This document shows positions 8,878-19,400 of a stretch of 64,000 bases of DNA, piece after piece; position 1 is the first letter of the stretch, and every line of letters starts with the position of its first letter. This DNA comes from an uncultured Clostridia bacterium (lineage in GTDB: Bacteria; Bacillota; Clostridia; Christensenellales; UBA1242). A program made the translations under genes and the position numbers. Under the pieces are notes generated by a model. That model was not told the origin of the DNA. It ran no database searches and saw only the letters and a list, made by a program, of their open reading frames with translations. The DNA is taken from positions 1,533-65,532 of the forward strand of contig CALBHW010000037.1 of the NCBI GenBank assembly GCA_937893125.1. The letters run 5' to 3'.

Positions 8878-10614
8878 TTATTTTCCCCCTTTTTTGTTTT
8901 GACTTTCGTAAATATCTTTATATAGGTCGCTAGTTTTAAGAAGTTCCTTGTGAGTCCCCATACTTGCGATTTTGCCTGACTCCATAATAATTATTAAGTC
9001 AGCGTCTTGTACGCTTGCAACCCTTTGGGAAATAATTATTTTTGTTGTTTTTGGCAACTCTTCACGAAAAGCCATTCTAATCTTTTTGTCCGTTTTTGTG
9101 TCAACAGCACTTGTTGAGTCGTCTAAAATAAGAATCTTTGGCTTTTTAAGTACAGCACGCGCAATGCAAAGCCTTTGCTTTTGTCCGCCACTAAGGTTTG
9201 TGCCACCTTCTTCTAGATATGTGTCGTATTTTTTTTCAAAACCTTCTATAAATTCGTCCGCACAAGCAAGTTTACACGCGGTTTGCAATTGCTTGTCGGT
9301 TGCATTTTCGTTACCCCATAACAAATTTTCTTTGATTGTGCCAGAAAATAAGGTGTTCTTTTGAAGGACAACCGCGACGCTGTCTCGCAATGTCTTTAAG
9401 TCGTAGTCTTTTACATTTTTCCCGCCGACCTTAACTTCGCCAACAGTCGCGTCGTACAATCTAGGAATAAGAGAGATGAGTGTGCTTTTTGAACTCCCCG
9501 TGTTGCCGAGTATCCCAACAGTTTGCCCAGACTTGATATGCAAATCAATGTTTTCAAGGCACAATTTTGATATGTCGTCTTTATATGAAAATGAAACATT
9601 ATCAAAATCAATATCGCCTGATTTAACCTTCATAATTGGGTCGTCTGGGTTTTTAATTGATTGGTTTTCGTTTAATAGTTCAACAATTCTTTCTGCGGAA
9701 GGTCGAGCGATTGCGCTTACAACCAAAATATATGCTAGCATCATAAGTGATGACAAAATTTGCATTGTGTATGAAAACATAACGGTGAGTTGCCCAGTTG
9801 TGAGTTCTGTTGAGTTTGTGCTAACTATAATTTTTGCGCCAAGAAGTGAAATAAGAAGCATACAAGAATAGATGACAACTTGCATAAGTGGGGAAGTGAG
9901 TGCCAAAATTTTATTTGCTTTTGTCATATCTTCGTAAATTTGGTCTCCGACGACATCAAATTTTTCGATTTCGTGTTCTTCTCGTACATATGACTTTACA
10001 ACGCGCATTGCACGGACATTTTCTTGAACTGTTCTATTCAAATCGTCATATTCTTTCATTGTGCGCTTGAAAATTGGGTGAACTTTTTTCAATATTAAAA
10101 ATAACCCTAAAACAAGGAAAGGTGCGATGCAAAGAAGGATAAGAGCCATTTTTGCATTTATTGTAAATGTCATAATAAGAGATAAAATAAGCATAAATGG
10201 TGCTCGAACCGCTCCGCGAATGAACATTTGATAGCTATTTTGAAGAAAGTTTACGTCTGTTGTAAGCCTTGTAACAAGCCCTGCTGGAGAAAATTTGTCG
10301 ATATTTGAAAAGGAAAAAGTTTGGATTTTTTCAAACATATCTTTCCTTAAATTTTTAGCGAATCCCGAACTTGCTTTTGCGCAAAAACTTCCCGATAGAT
10401 AACCAAAAACAAGCGAACAAATTGCCATAAGAGAGAGAAGTAGTCCGAGTTTTAAAATTGTAGGCATACTATTTTGGTAAATTCCTTGGTCAATCAATGC
10501 GGACATTACATATGGAATAAGCACTTCAAGAACGACTTCGACGAAAACGCACAAAGATGTGAGAATGGAAGGCTTTTTGTATTCTCTAATTGACTTCATC
10601 AGTTTTTTTATCAT
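8878..10614 (-). CDS. ABC exporter subunit (fused TMD-NBD), degenerate-site half of a heterodimer
   Basis: Multi-TM domain. Walker A GNTGSSKST, signature LSGGQKQR, Walker B ILILDDSTS (the catalytic Glu position is Asp), and the switch His is replaced (IISQRVAS). AAGGAG lies about 12 nt upstream of the ATG. Confidence 0.9.
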   Translation of the reverse strand: MIKKLMKSIREYKKPSILTSLCVFVEVVLEVLIPYVMSALIDQGIYQNSMPTILKLGLLLSLMAICSLVFGYLSGSFCAKASSGFAKNLRKDMFEKIQTFSFSNIDKFSPAGLVTRLTTDVNFLQNSYQMFIRGAVRAPFMLILSLIMTFTINAKMALILLCIAPFLVLGLFLILKKVHPIFKRTMKEYDDLNRTVQENVRAMRVVKSYVREEHEIEKFDVVGDQIYEDMTKANKILALTSPLMQVVIYSCMLLISLLGAKIIVSTNSTELTTGQLTVMFSYTMQILSSLMMLAYILVVSAIARPSAERIVELLNENQSIKNPDDPIMKVKSGDIDFDNVSFSYKDDISKLCLENIDLHIKSGQTVGILGNTGSSKSTLISLIPRLYDATVGEVKVGGKNVKDYDLKTLRDSVAVVLQKNTLFSGTIKENLLWGNENATDKQLQTACKLACADEFIEGFEKKYDTYLEEGGTNLSGGQKQRLCIARAVLKKPKILILDDSTSAVDTKTDKKIRMAFREELPKTTKIIISQRVASVQDADLIIIMESGKIASMGTHKELLKTSDLYKDIYESQNKKGGK

Positions 10615-10787
10615 AGTAATTGACGCTCCTTGTAAATTTTAAAATCTTTTTTTCTTAAAACAAGTGTTCTTTTAAGAAAAAAGCGTTGCTTTATATATAT
10701 AATTCTACGTATATAGTAACTTAACATATATATGTATGTGCGGATAGAATTATGCACCAGAAAAAAATAAAAGTCAAGCAGATTTAG

Positions 10788-10816
10788 TTGTAAAAAAGAG
10801 AAATAAATGTTAAAAT
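10788..10816 (+). promoter_or_regulatory. SigA-type promoter for galE
   Basis: TTGTAA (10788-10793), 17-nt spacer, TAAAAT (10811-10816), with a TGn extended -10 (TGT at 10808-10810). It ends 36 nt before the galE ATG, which has an AAGGAG SD. Confidence 0.5.
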
Positions 10817-10851
10817 TGTAATAGAAAAAGTGCAAAAAAAAGGAGAAGTAT

Positions 10852-11856
10852 ATGAAAGTTTTATTAACAGGTGGTTTGGGGTACATTGGTAGCCATACAG
10901 CAGTTGAACTTTTGGACGATGGCTACGAAGTTGAAATTGTGGACAACTTGTCCAACTCAAAAGAAGAGACGAAGGGAAAGATTGAACAAATTACGGGCAA
11001 AAAAGTTGTTTTTTATAAAGAAGACCTTTGTAATATTGAAAAACTTGATGAGATTTTTAAAAAAGGGAAATACGACGCTATTATACATTTTGCGGGGTTA
11101 AAAGCAGTGGGCGAATCGGTTGAACAACCGCTAAGATATTATGAAACAAACCTATTAAGCACGATAAACCTACTTAAATGTATGAGAAAATATGATGTCA
11201 AAAAACTTATTTTCTCATCGTCCGCTTGTGTTTATTCGATGGATAATGAGTTGCCATTTAAAGAGACGGGCAAGCTTAGCCCACTTAATCCATATGGAAG
11301 AACAAAACTTTTTATTGAAGAAATTATTAAAGATGAATGCTTTGCTCGTGGTGATTTGAGTGCAATTATTTTAAGATATTTCAATCCAATTGGCGCACAC
11401 AAGAGTGGGCTTATTGGTGAAGACCCAAATGGAATTCCAAACAATTTAATGCCATACATCACAAGAGTTGCTCTTGGAAAATTGGACCATTTAAACATCT
11501 TTGGACACGACTATCATACAAAAGACGGGACTTGTATAAGAGATTATATTCACGTTGTTGACCTGGCGCGTGGACATAAACTAGCGCTTGACAAAATAAA
11601 AGATTTGAAAGGTTGCGAAGTGTATAATTTGGGAACGGGAACTGGATACAGTGTGCTTGATGTTGTTAATACCTTTAACTCAATTTGTGGGGATAAAGTT
11701 CGTTATGAATTTGCTCCTAGAAGAGAAGGAGATAGCGAGTGTAACTATGCTGACGCAAGTAAGGCAAAAAATGGACTTAACTTTAAAACGAAATATTCCT
11801 TAAAAGATATGTGCGAATCAGCGTATAATTACGAAAAAAATAATACTAAAAAGTAA
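10852..11856 (+). CDS. galE: UDP-glucose 4-epimerase
   Basis: MKVLLTGGLGYIGSH (Rossmann GxxGxxG), SSSACVYS, NPYGRTK (YxxxK). The 334-aa length and overall sequence are typical of GalE. Confidence 0.9.
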   Translation: MKVLLTGGLGYIGSHTAVELLDDGYEVEIVDNLSNSKEETKGKIEQITGKKVVFYKEDLCNIEKLDEIFKKGKYDAIIHFAGLKAVGESVEQPLRYYETNLLSTINLLKCMRKYDVKKLIFSSSACVYSMDNELPFKETGKLSPLNPYGRTKLFIEEIIKDECFARGDLSAIILRYFNPIGAHKSGLIGEDPNGIPNNLMPYITRVALGKLDHLNIFGHDYHTKDGTCIRDYIHVVDLARGHKLALDKIKDLKGCEVYNLGTGTGYSVLDVVNTFNSICGDKVRYEFAPRREGDSECNYADASKAKNGLNFKTKYSLKDMCESAYNYEKNNTKK

Positions 11857-11879
11857 CAATTTTTGCTAAACATTTTAAA

Positions 11880-11913
11880 AGACATCTACTTAAATGTGGA
11901 CGTCTTTTTTTTG
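11880..11913 (+). terminator. Intrinsic terminator of galE
   Basis: AGACATCTAC / GTGGACGTCT stem of 10 bp with one mismatch and one G-U pair, 6-nt loop, followed by T8. Confidence 0.7.
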
Positions 11914-11989
11914 TTGCGCTTTATTCAAATTTATAAGAATGGATGCTGTTTTTTTAAGCAAAATTGGTATTCTTTGGCACTAAAACAAG

Positions 11990-12162
11990 CGGTCGCGACC
12001 GTTTGGTCGGTTTTATATAAATTGTATTATAAGCGAAAAGTAGCATTTCGACCGAAAAATCGGTCGTTTTGATATGGTTTTATAAACTTTTATGTGTTTT
12101 TTGCATTAAAACGACTTTTGTGCTACTTTTATTTTTTTATTTCCGAACAATTAGTCGGAAAT
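11990..12162 (+). other. Cluster of GC-rich palindromes and hairpins in otherwise AT-rich spacer (possible small structured RNA or protein-binding sites)
   Basis: CGGTCGCGACCG is a perfect 12-bp palindrome (11990-12001). CGACCGA-AAAA-TCGGTCG hairpin plus TTTT (12049-12070). AAAAGTAGCA (12036-12045) is complementary to TGCTACTTTT (12121-12130). ATTTCCGA-8 nt-TCGGAAAT hairpin (12139-12162). Confidence 0.3.
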
Positions 12163-12385
12163 ACAATCTCTTTAATTTTGTTTTTGTCGCAACAAAAAAA
12201 CTTTTTCTAGTTTAGAAGAAAAATAATTGGCTTGTTTTGAATAAAGAAGAGCATTTTTTTTTGGAGCAAGGTTTGATTTCGCGGTTGAAAATAATATGTA
12301 TAATGTAACTGTTTTTTGTTTTAAAGTTTAAGTCAAATTGAGTAAGGAAAATTATAAAAAAAATTGTGCATAATTTAGATGAAAG

Positions 12386-12394
12386 TTATCCACA
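12386..12394 (+). promoter_or_regulatory. Perfect consensus DnaA box TTATCCACA in the leader of the giant gene
   Basis: Exact 9-mer match read directly in the sequence (gaaagTTATCCACAaat). Confidence 0.4.
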
Positions 12395-12477
12395 AATATT
12401 AGGTTTTTGTGAATAAAATTTATGGAAAAAACAGTAAAAATAATTTGTGATTTTTTTACAAGAATTACAGTGTTTTT

Positions 12478-12501
12478 TTGCAAAAAAAATTGCAAAAAAA
12501 A
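12478..12501 (+). repeat. Tandem exact 12-mer TTGCAAAAAAAA x2, overlapping a T7-GC-A7 palindrome; a third exact copy lies at 12786-12797
   Basis: Copies at 12478-12489 and 12490-12501 are identical and adjacent. TTTTTTTGCAAAAAAA (12473-12488) is a perfect palindrome. The third copy ends 70 nt before the giant-gene ATG. Confidence 0.7.
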
Positions 12502-12685
12502 GTTATAAAAATCTTTGGAAATTGTTATAAAATGTTTTGAATATACTGCGTTATATGTTATAATTTTATCGTAGTAATTTACGATTTTGTGCGAATATTT
12601 TTTTAGTATTTTTTGGGCTAATTTATTTTGAATTTTTTGTGCTATTTTTGACAAGATTTTTTCTTTATTTTTTTAAAAAATTTTT

Positions 12686-12719
12686 TTGATTAAAAAATAA
12701 ACGAATTTTGATTAAAAAA
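12686..12719 (+). repeat. Direct repeat TTGATTAAAAAA x2 spaced 22 bp, with a related TTGGATAAAAAAA at 12726-12738
   Basis: Exact 12-mers at 12686-12697 and 12708-12719; the spacing is about two helical turns. Confidence 0.6.
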
Positions 12720-12867
12720 GAATTCTTGGATAAAAAAAGAAAATTGTTTTGTCACAAAAAACAAAATTAAATTTAGCAAAAAGTTTTGCAAAAAAAATGC
12801 GGAAGTTTATTTTTATTTAATTAAATATTTTTACAAAAGAGAGCAAAACTACAAAGGAGGAATCGTT

Positions 12868-13413
12868 ATGGATTTCAATGATGAAAATAGGAGAGTAAAT
12901 AACGCAGGGTTAAATGCGAATAATAAACCTGCCCAGTCGGGCAGTGGTTTTTCGGCTGTAAAAAATCAAGCGACTTCGCCTATTGGAAGGGAAAATGTTA
13001 GGGCGACTAATTTTTCTCAACCTAATTCAGTGGGAATAAATAATGGTTCTCAAATTGGGCACGCTCAAAATATGAATGCATCTAGGATGGGGCAACCTCA
13101 AAATGTGCCGAATCCTCAAAGTGCTAGACCTAATAATCAGCCTTTGAGTCCTAAAAGCATTCGACCAAATGGAGCCCAACAGTTAAATGATTCTGGGCGA
13201 CCTAACTCTTCGGGACAAAATGGTGGAGGCTTTGCGGGACAAGGTGGGAATTATACAAATCAAAATGCTAGACCTAATATGCAAAACTTTCAAAATGTCA
13301 ATAGACAAGGTAGCCAAAATTTTGGTGTGCAAAATCAAGAAAGTAGAAAGGATTTTGACAATAACAAAAAGGATAGTGACGGGGTGGAAAAGAAGCCTAG
13401 GTCGAAAAGGAAG
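12868..13413 (+). other. Giant protein aa 1-182: low-complexity N/Q/G/S/P-rich predicted cytoplasmic region ending in KKPRSKRK
   Basis: The sequence NAGLNANNKPAQSGSG...QPQNVPNPQSARPNNQP...GQNGGGFAGQGGNYTNQNARPNMQNFQNVNRQGSQNFGVQNQ has no hydrophobic core. A basic cluster lies immediately before the TM helix. Confidence 0.7.
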
Positions 13414-16400
13414 ATTGCCTTAGTTTCAATTTTGTTGTCACTTCTTGCTGTTGCTGGGATTATAATTGGGATTGTCGTTGCGCCAAAAGGCGAATGTACA
13501 ATTAACTTTGTTGGCTGGGCGGTTGAAGTGTCGTCTGAAACTTGTAAAAAAGGTGAAAGATTTGTTGCTCCAACGCCAGAAGATATTAGGGATGAAAATG
13601 GAAAGGTTTTGCTTAAATTTGACGGTTGGACTTATGATGACGGCTCAATGTATACGCCTTCCGTTTTAAGTAACGACCTTACTTTACACGCAAAGTTCAC
13701 CGCAAGCGATGTTAAAACTACTTTTGTAAGTAGAAACCTTTTTGATGAAAATGACGAATATGTTTATTTGTATGAAACGACAACAAAGTATTTTGTTGAA
13801 AAAATAAATTTGGCTGATGTTGCGTCGGGGGTTAGACTTCTTGATACGGGGAATGCCAATATGTATCGTTATAGTTTTGCGTCGGGTGCAAAAACTGAGA
13901 TTTCGACTTTGCAGACTGATACATATAGAAATTTTATTTCCAATTACTATAATATTGCTGATTTTAAACTCTTTGGCAGTGACACAACTTATACTTCTTT
14001 TGACACAATTGACACTCCAAAGGGTAATAAGGCGTTTGTCATAAGTTTTGGCGCAAAAAATGTCAAAATCAATTATGATGCGAACCTTTCATGCTTAAAA
14101 GATTTTTATTCGGGAGAAGATTTGAATAGGCTTCTATCGTCTATTTCAAAAGGCGCTTCGGAGTCTATTGTTGAATACAATACTGATGGTTACATAATGA
14201 AACCATATAAGGAACAAATGGTTGACTATTTTAGACCAAGTAAACATGAGTTTTTGGGTTGGTCGCTTGTGCCATATGATACGACGACTACAATTTCGTC
14301 GTCATCTTATATTCCATATGGTGTGACGGAAAAAATCGACAAAAATTTTCTTAGAAACAAATCAGAAATAACTCTTTACGCTGTGTGGACGGAATATAGG
14401 ACGCCACTTAGAATTTACACGGACGCAAAACTTCTTGCCGACACAAAAATCGCAGTTGGCGCGAGTATGAGAATTGACGATTGGTCGTCGCAAGTTGATA
14501 AACTTAAAAATTACAAAGCGGGTTACGCTCTTATAGGCTTTAACACTCAACCTGATTTTACGGGTGAAATTGTTAATTTTGATACAGTTATTGAGGGTGG
14601 AATTGACTCTAAATATTACAATAACGACGAAGAAGCAATCGTTTTGTATGCCGTTTATGCAATGGTTGTTGAAGATACATATTTTAATTTAAACACCGAT
14701 TTACTTGACCCTTGCGTTGTTCCAAATGTGGACGAGTTGATTTCAAAATTTGATATTGTCCTTAATCACGACAATTTTGTGTTTAAGACAAGCGAAAGTG
14801 ATGTTGGATATGTTTATGATAATGAAATATCCGCCACCTTTGACAGCGAAAATAATCGAGTTGTTTTGAAAAATTTGATTGAAGGCGCAACGATTAAACT
14901 CCCTAATTTTGAAAGAAGAAATAGGGATTATGTGGATTTGTCAAATTATAATTTAAAAGGCTATATTTTGACGACCGATTTAACTTCAAAGATAAAATCG
15001 GTAGATTCAACTTTTATTGTTACACAGGACGATACTTATAAGGATGAGAATAAAAACAAACTTGCTTTTGATCTTGTTTGGACGGGAATTGATAGCGTAT
15101 TTTCAATTGAATTTTACAACTACCACTCTATTTCGCAAGACAAGGATTTTAAACTTGTAATGGAGTTTGTTTTGCCATATGGTGTGTCTCTTGACGCAAA
15201 TTGGGCGGACGAGTTTTTAAATAATGCAACATTCTTTGATTTTAGACTTCGCAACCTTGACAACAATGAGATTTTAACTGAAAGAACATTTGAAAGAGAA
15301 GGCTTTAAATTTGAAGGCTTTAGTAACGGCGAAGGCGGAGTGTTACTTGAAGAAACTTTACGCAATTTTACTTTAAACACCGACTTTTTCTATACAGGTG
15401 AAAGGCATCATAGACTTGTTGCAAAGTGGACAAAAGAGACATATGATGTAACATTCTCACTTGGTGGTGGAGAATATCTTTCGCGTGATGACGGCGAAAG
15501 TAGCGCTAGTGACTATGTATTGACCGTTGCATATGACGACGAAATAAATTTACTTAATGACGAGTTGTCTTTTACGGGCTACTATTTTGACGGCTACCTT
15601 GACGAACAAGGAAACAAGTATGCGGAAAATGTTGAAAAAGTAAGGATTTCCGATGCTGTGACATTCACAGCGCAATGGGTAAAGGCTTATGTTATAACTC
15701 TTTTCCTTGACTTCTCGCGCGAAGAAAGTAGGGAAATTTTGGTTGAAAAGAACGGTGATTTTGTCTTGACTGGCAAGGAATTTTCCGACTTAAATGACGC
15801 TTATATCTTTGAGAGATACAGTGTAAGTTTGGTTGACAATACAAAAGATACGGTAGGTTTTAACGTAAGTGATAAAAAACAATCGTTTATCGGCGTTGAA
15901 CGCGACATTGAAATGTACGCGATGTGGTTTAAGGTGTCGTATAGTAACGGCGACGACGGAAGTTTAGGTGTGACTGACTCTAAAACTGAAGAATATTATG
16001 TGACAAATAAGGCAAGTTTCAGACTTTTGAACAATCCTTATTCACTTCCAGACGAAAAAGATTATTATCAATTTGATGGTTGGTCAGTTGACGGGTCAAT
16101 TGATACTTACAGCGAAAATTATTACTATTTGATTTCGCAATCGTCACCAAAAAATATCTCTGTTACGGCTAAGTGGAGACTAAGAAATGTTAAAGTCGTA
16201 ATGTATTATGACGCGCAAGAATCGTCAAATTATGTCGATGGGCTTGCCATTAACAATCAATTTATTGTGTCGAGTGATAACGGCAGGCTTGTAAATGGGA
16301 ACGGGCGTGAAATTGACTACATTTTTGACTCACAAAATGCAAAATTTATCGAAAAGAACGCAACAAGTTTTGTTATTTCAGTTCCAACAATTGTAAATGA

Positions 16401-19400
16401 TAGAGGCGAAAAAGATTCGCGTATTGTAAAAATTGACGGCGAATATGTATATAAGATATTTACAATGTGGAAATATGTTATCACATATATTTCTAGCGAT
16501 GTGGGCGTGGTGCAAGTTATTGCAAACGAATTTTTAGGGGCAAGTTTGAAGTCGGGCGCGACGCTTGATAGTAATAATATGACAAGCCTAAACAATATTG
16601 ACGACTCATATGTTCTCACCCTTCCAAATAGGGAAAAGGTGGAAGGAGAAAAATCAAACGGCGGGTTTGGCTTCAAAATTTCAAGAAAATTCTTTGAAAA
16701 ATGGTCAAGTGATAGTGTCCAAATCGTTGAAAATAGTGGCGTCCAAACGGCAAAAATCGTAAAAGACACAACTTTTACTGCTAGCTGGCGCGGACTTGAT
16801 TATACTCTTCATCTTGTAGACTCTCTTGGAGGACTAACTTCAAGGGATATTTCGGTCAAATATGGTGAAGAAATTTTGCTTAGCGACCATTTTACAGCAG
16901 ATGAAAAAACAAGGCTTTTTGGCGGAAGTAACGGGTGCTATAAAGTTTTGACTAAGATGTCTTATGAATATAGCGGAGCGTCTAAAACATTTAGTATTGA
17001 CGAACCGATCGTTTTTGGCACGCAAGATGTGGGCGGTTTTATTCTTGAAAGTGACTTAACGGATAATGAAGCGGAATTCCGCGTCGTTTGGGAAGAAAAA
17101 CAATACACGATGACCGTCCTTTTGTCAGGTGGCGAATGGGATAGCGGGGTAAGTTCGACCGACGAGTTTATTGATTTAAACGGAACGCTCAAAAAGGATA
17201 GCGACAACAATTACTATTTTGAGTATCCAGTTTTCTATTCGTCGTTAAGTGCTGACGGCGTTCAAGTCGGGTTTAAGGGGCTTAAAAAGAACGGATATAG
17301 ACTAAATGGCTTTACTGGCTCTGACTTTTTGTCCGAAATAACAAATGATAGTTGTGTAATAAAGTATTCTGGCACGGCGGAAAGTTTTGACGCGGGAGAA
17401 AGAAAAATTACGGCTGATTGGCAAAAAGTTTTGCATATCAACTTTAACTTAAACGGTGGAAGCGTCTCTTATAACGGAACAACAACGGATACGATTTCAA
17501 CTTATGATGTCGACCTTGACGACCAAAATAATACTACTATTGATTTGTCGCAAATTATGCTTGATGCGACAACTACTTTAAATGGTGGAATATTTAAAGG
17601 AAAAGACGGCTTTGAATTTGTCGGGTTTAGTTTTGACAAAGAAGGCTTTAATGCGACTTATCAAAGAAATGAAGATAGTTATTTACTCGCGGGAGCGTTT
17701 AGTCTTGCGACATCTTTTGAAGAAAACGCGACTTATTATATTTTGGTTGACGGTAAGTATCAAAAGGCTACTGATGTAACAAGCGAAAATTTTGCAAGTG
17801 GGCAATATTATGTTTACAATGGGGCGTTCTATTCTACGCTTGTTCCTATTTCATTTACGACCGAAATGTACGAAAAATATGCAAATCTTGCGTCAAGTTC
17901 AGTGACCTTGTACGCGGTTTGGAAAACTAGTGTATCATTTAATAACGGAAAACAAGAAGTCGGCGAGACTGTGTCATATTTCACGCCTATTGAAGAAAAT
18001 GAAGTGGCAAGTTCGTCGGAAGCGTTCAATGTGGAATTTTTCTATAATCAACAAATTTCAGTTGAAGACCTTGCGCGTTTTGGCTTTAAGGCAAAAAATA
18101 GCGAAGTCTACAATATGAGCGGTTGGGTTTGTGATGGAAAGGCACTTACAAGTGTTACAATAGACAAAAAACTAACTTTGACGGCAAGGTGGAATGTCAA
18201 TAAGATAACCGTTTATTTCAAAAACTACGACGGCTCTGATTTTGACGGGGTGGAAAAGAGTTTTGAATGTTTCAGCGGTGACACAATAACTGGACTTGGC
18301 GAAAAATTTAATTTTGAGCCAACACTTTTTGGCTACACATTTATAGGTTTTTCAAATGAGCCAACAGATAACTTAATCGGCGAAGGTGACGCAAAAGACT
18401 ATTACGCGCTAGACGCGGAATATGTCGTTCCAAGCAACTCAACAATCCTTTATGCGGTTTTCCAAAAATGTAGAGTTATTGTAAAATACGAGCCTAACTA
18501 CGCCGATGTTGTGTCAACTGGAATCACAAGTGACGACGGATATGCGTTAGACGAAGAAAATTACTATTATTATCAATTTGGTGATAGTTATCTTCTAAAT
18601 GATAGTGCTACTTTCTCAAGAAGATTCTTTACATTTGCGGGCTTTAATTTGTTTAAAGATTCGCTCATTCCACTTGCGAGTAAAAATGTCGCCTTAACAA
18701 GAGAAAATGGCGTCACTTTAAACGATGCGGGCGAATATGTGCTGACTTTGTATCCAGTTTGGAATAGACAAACGAAAGAAATTACACTCATCCTTGACGG
18801 TGGAACATTTGACAATAGTGAGGCGTTTTACGATGAAACAAATGTTGACCTTTATAGGTCAGTTGTTGTTGGCACAACAAAAGTTGTTTTGACTGTTTAC
18901 ATTGGCGAAAATGTAACTGTGAAACTCCCAACATCGGATGTTTTAACAAAAGTAGGATATGAATTTGATTGTTTCTTAAACACTTCGGGCGGAAAAATGG
19001 GAGCATATGTTACTTGCGAAAATGCGGACGCAGTGACGTTTACTGCAACATATAAAAAGATTATTTCGATAAACATTCACTTTACGGAAGATGACGTGCA
19101 ACAAATAGCAACTGTTTACTACGACGATATGATTAGTTTTGACATTGTGGACAGTAGCGGAATTAGATTTACAAATATGGGCGTTATTCCAAACGTAGAA
19201 AACACACTTTCGCACGAAATCAAAAATTATCACATAAAATCACTTTCAAGTAGCATTATTGCGGGTACAAAATACACAATGGGAATGTTTTATAATGCGC
19301 GTGAAGAGTTTTTTGAAATTTCAAGTGCGTCAACTATCGACCTTTATGTTTCATATGAAGGTGACTTGTCGACAGTCAAATTTGACCCATATAACGACGA

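Noticed and set aside
10611-10886. 91-aa minus-strand ORF spanning the galE / ABC-exporter divergent promoter region.
   Set aside because: It overlaps the galE start and promoter, translates to low-complexity F/Y/I/L text and has no SD.
11863-12072. 69-aa plus-strand ORF immediately after galE.
   Set aside because: It begins inside the galE terminator hairpin, uses a non-ATG start without an SD, and runs through the palindromic GC-rich elements. It is better explained as structured non-coding DNA.
12352-12654. 100-aa minus-strand ORF in the AT-rich leader of the giant gene.
   Set aside because: The K/I/F/N/Y-rich translation is what poly-A/T DNA gives in any frame. There is no SD and no recognisable motif. 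I treat it as non-coding spacer.
16317-16769. 150-aa minus-strand ORF, and many other 60-100-aa ORFs on both strands, inside the giant gene (e.g. 13187-13423, 27147-27413, 40105-40383, 45149-45490).
   Set aside because: All lie within and out of frame with, or antisense to, a much longer and clearly coding ORF. They have no SD sites and translate to low-complexity or Ser/Leu/Phe-rich text typical of shadow frames.
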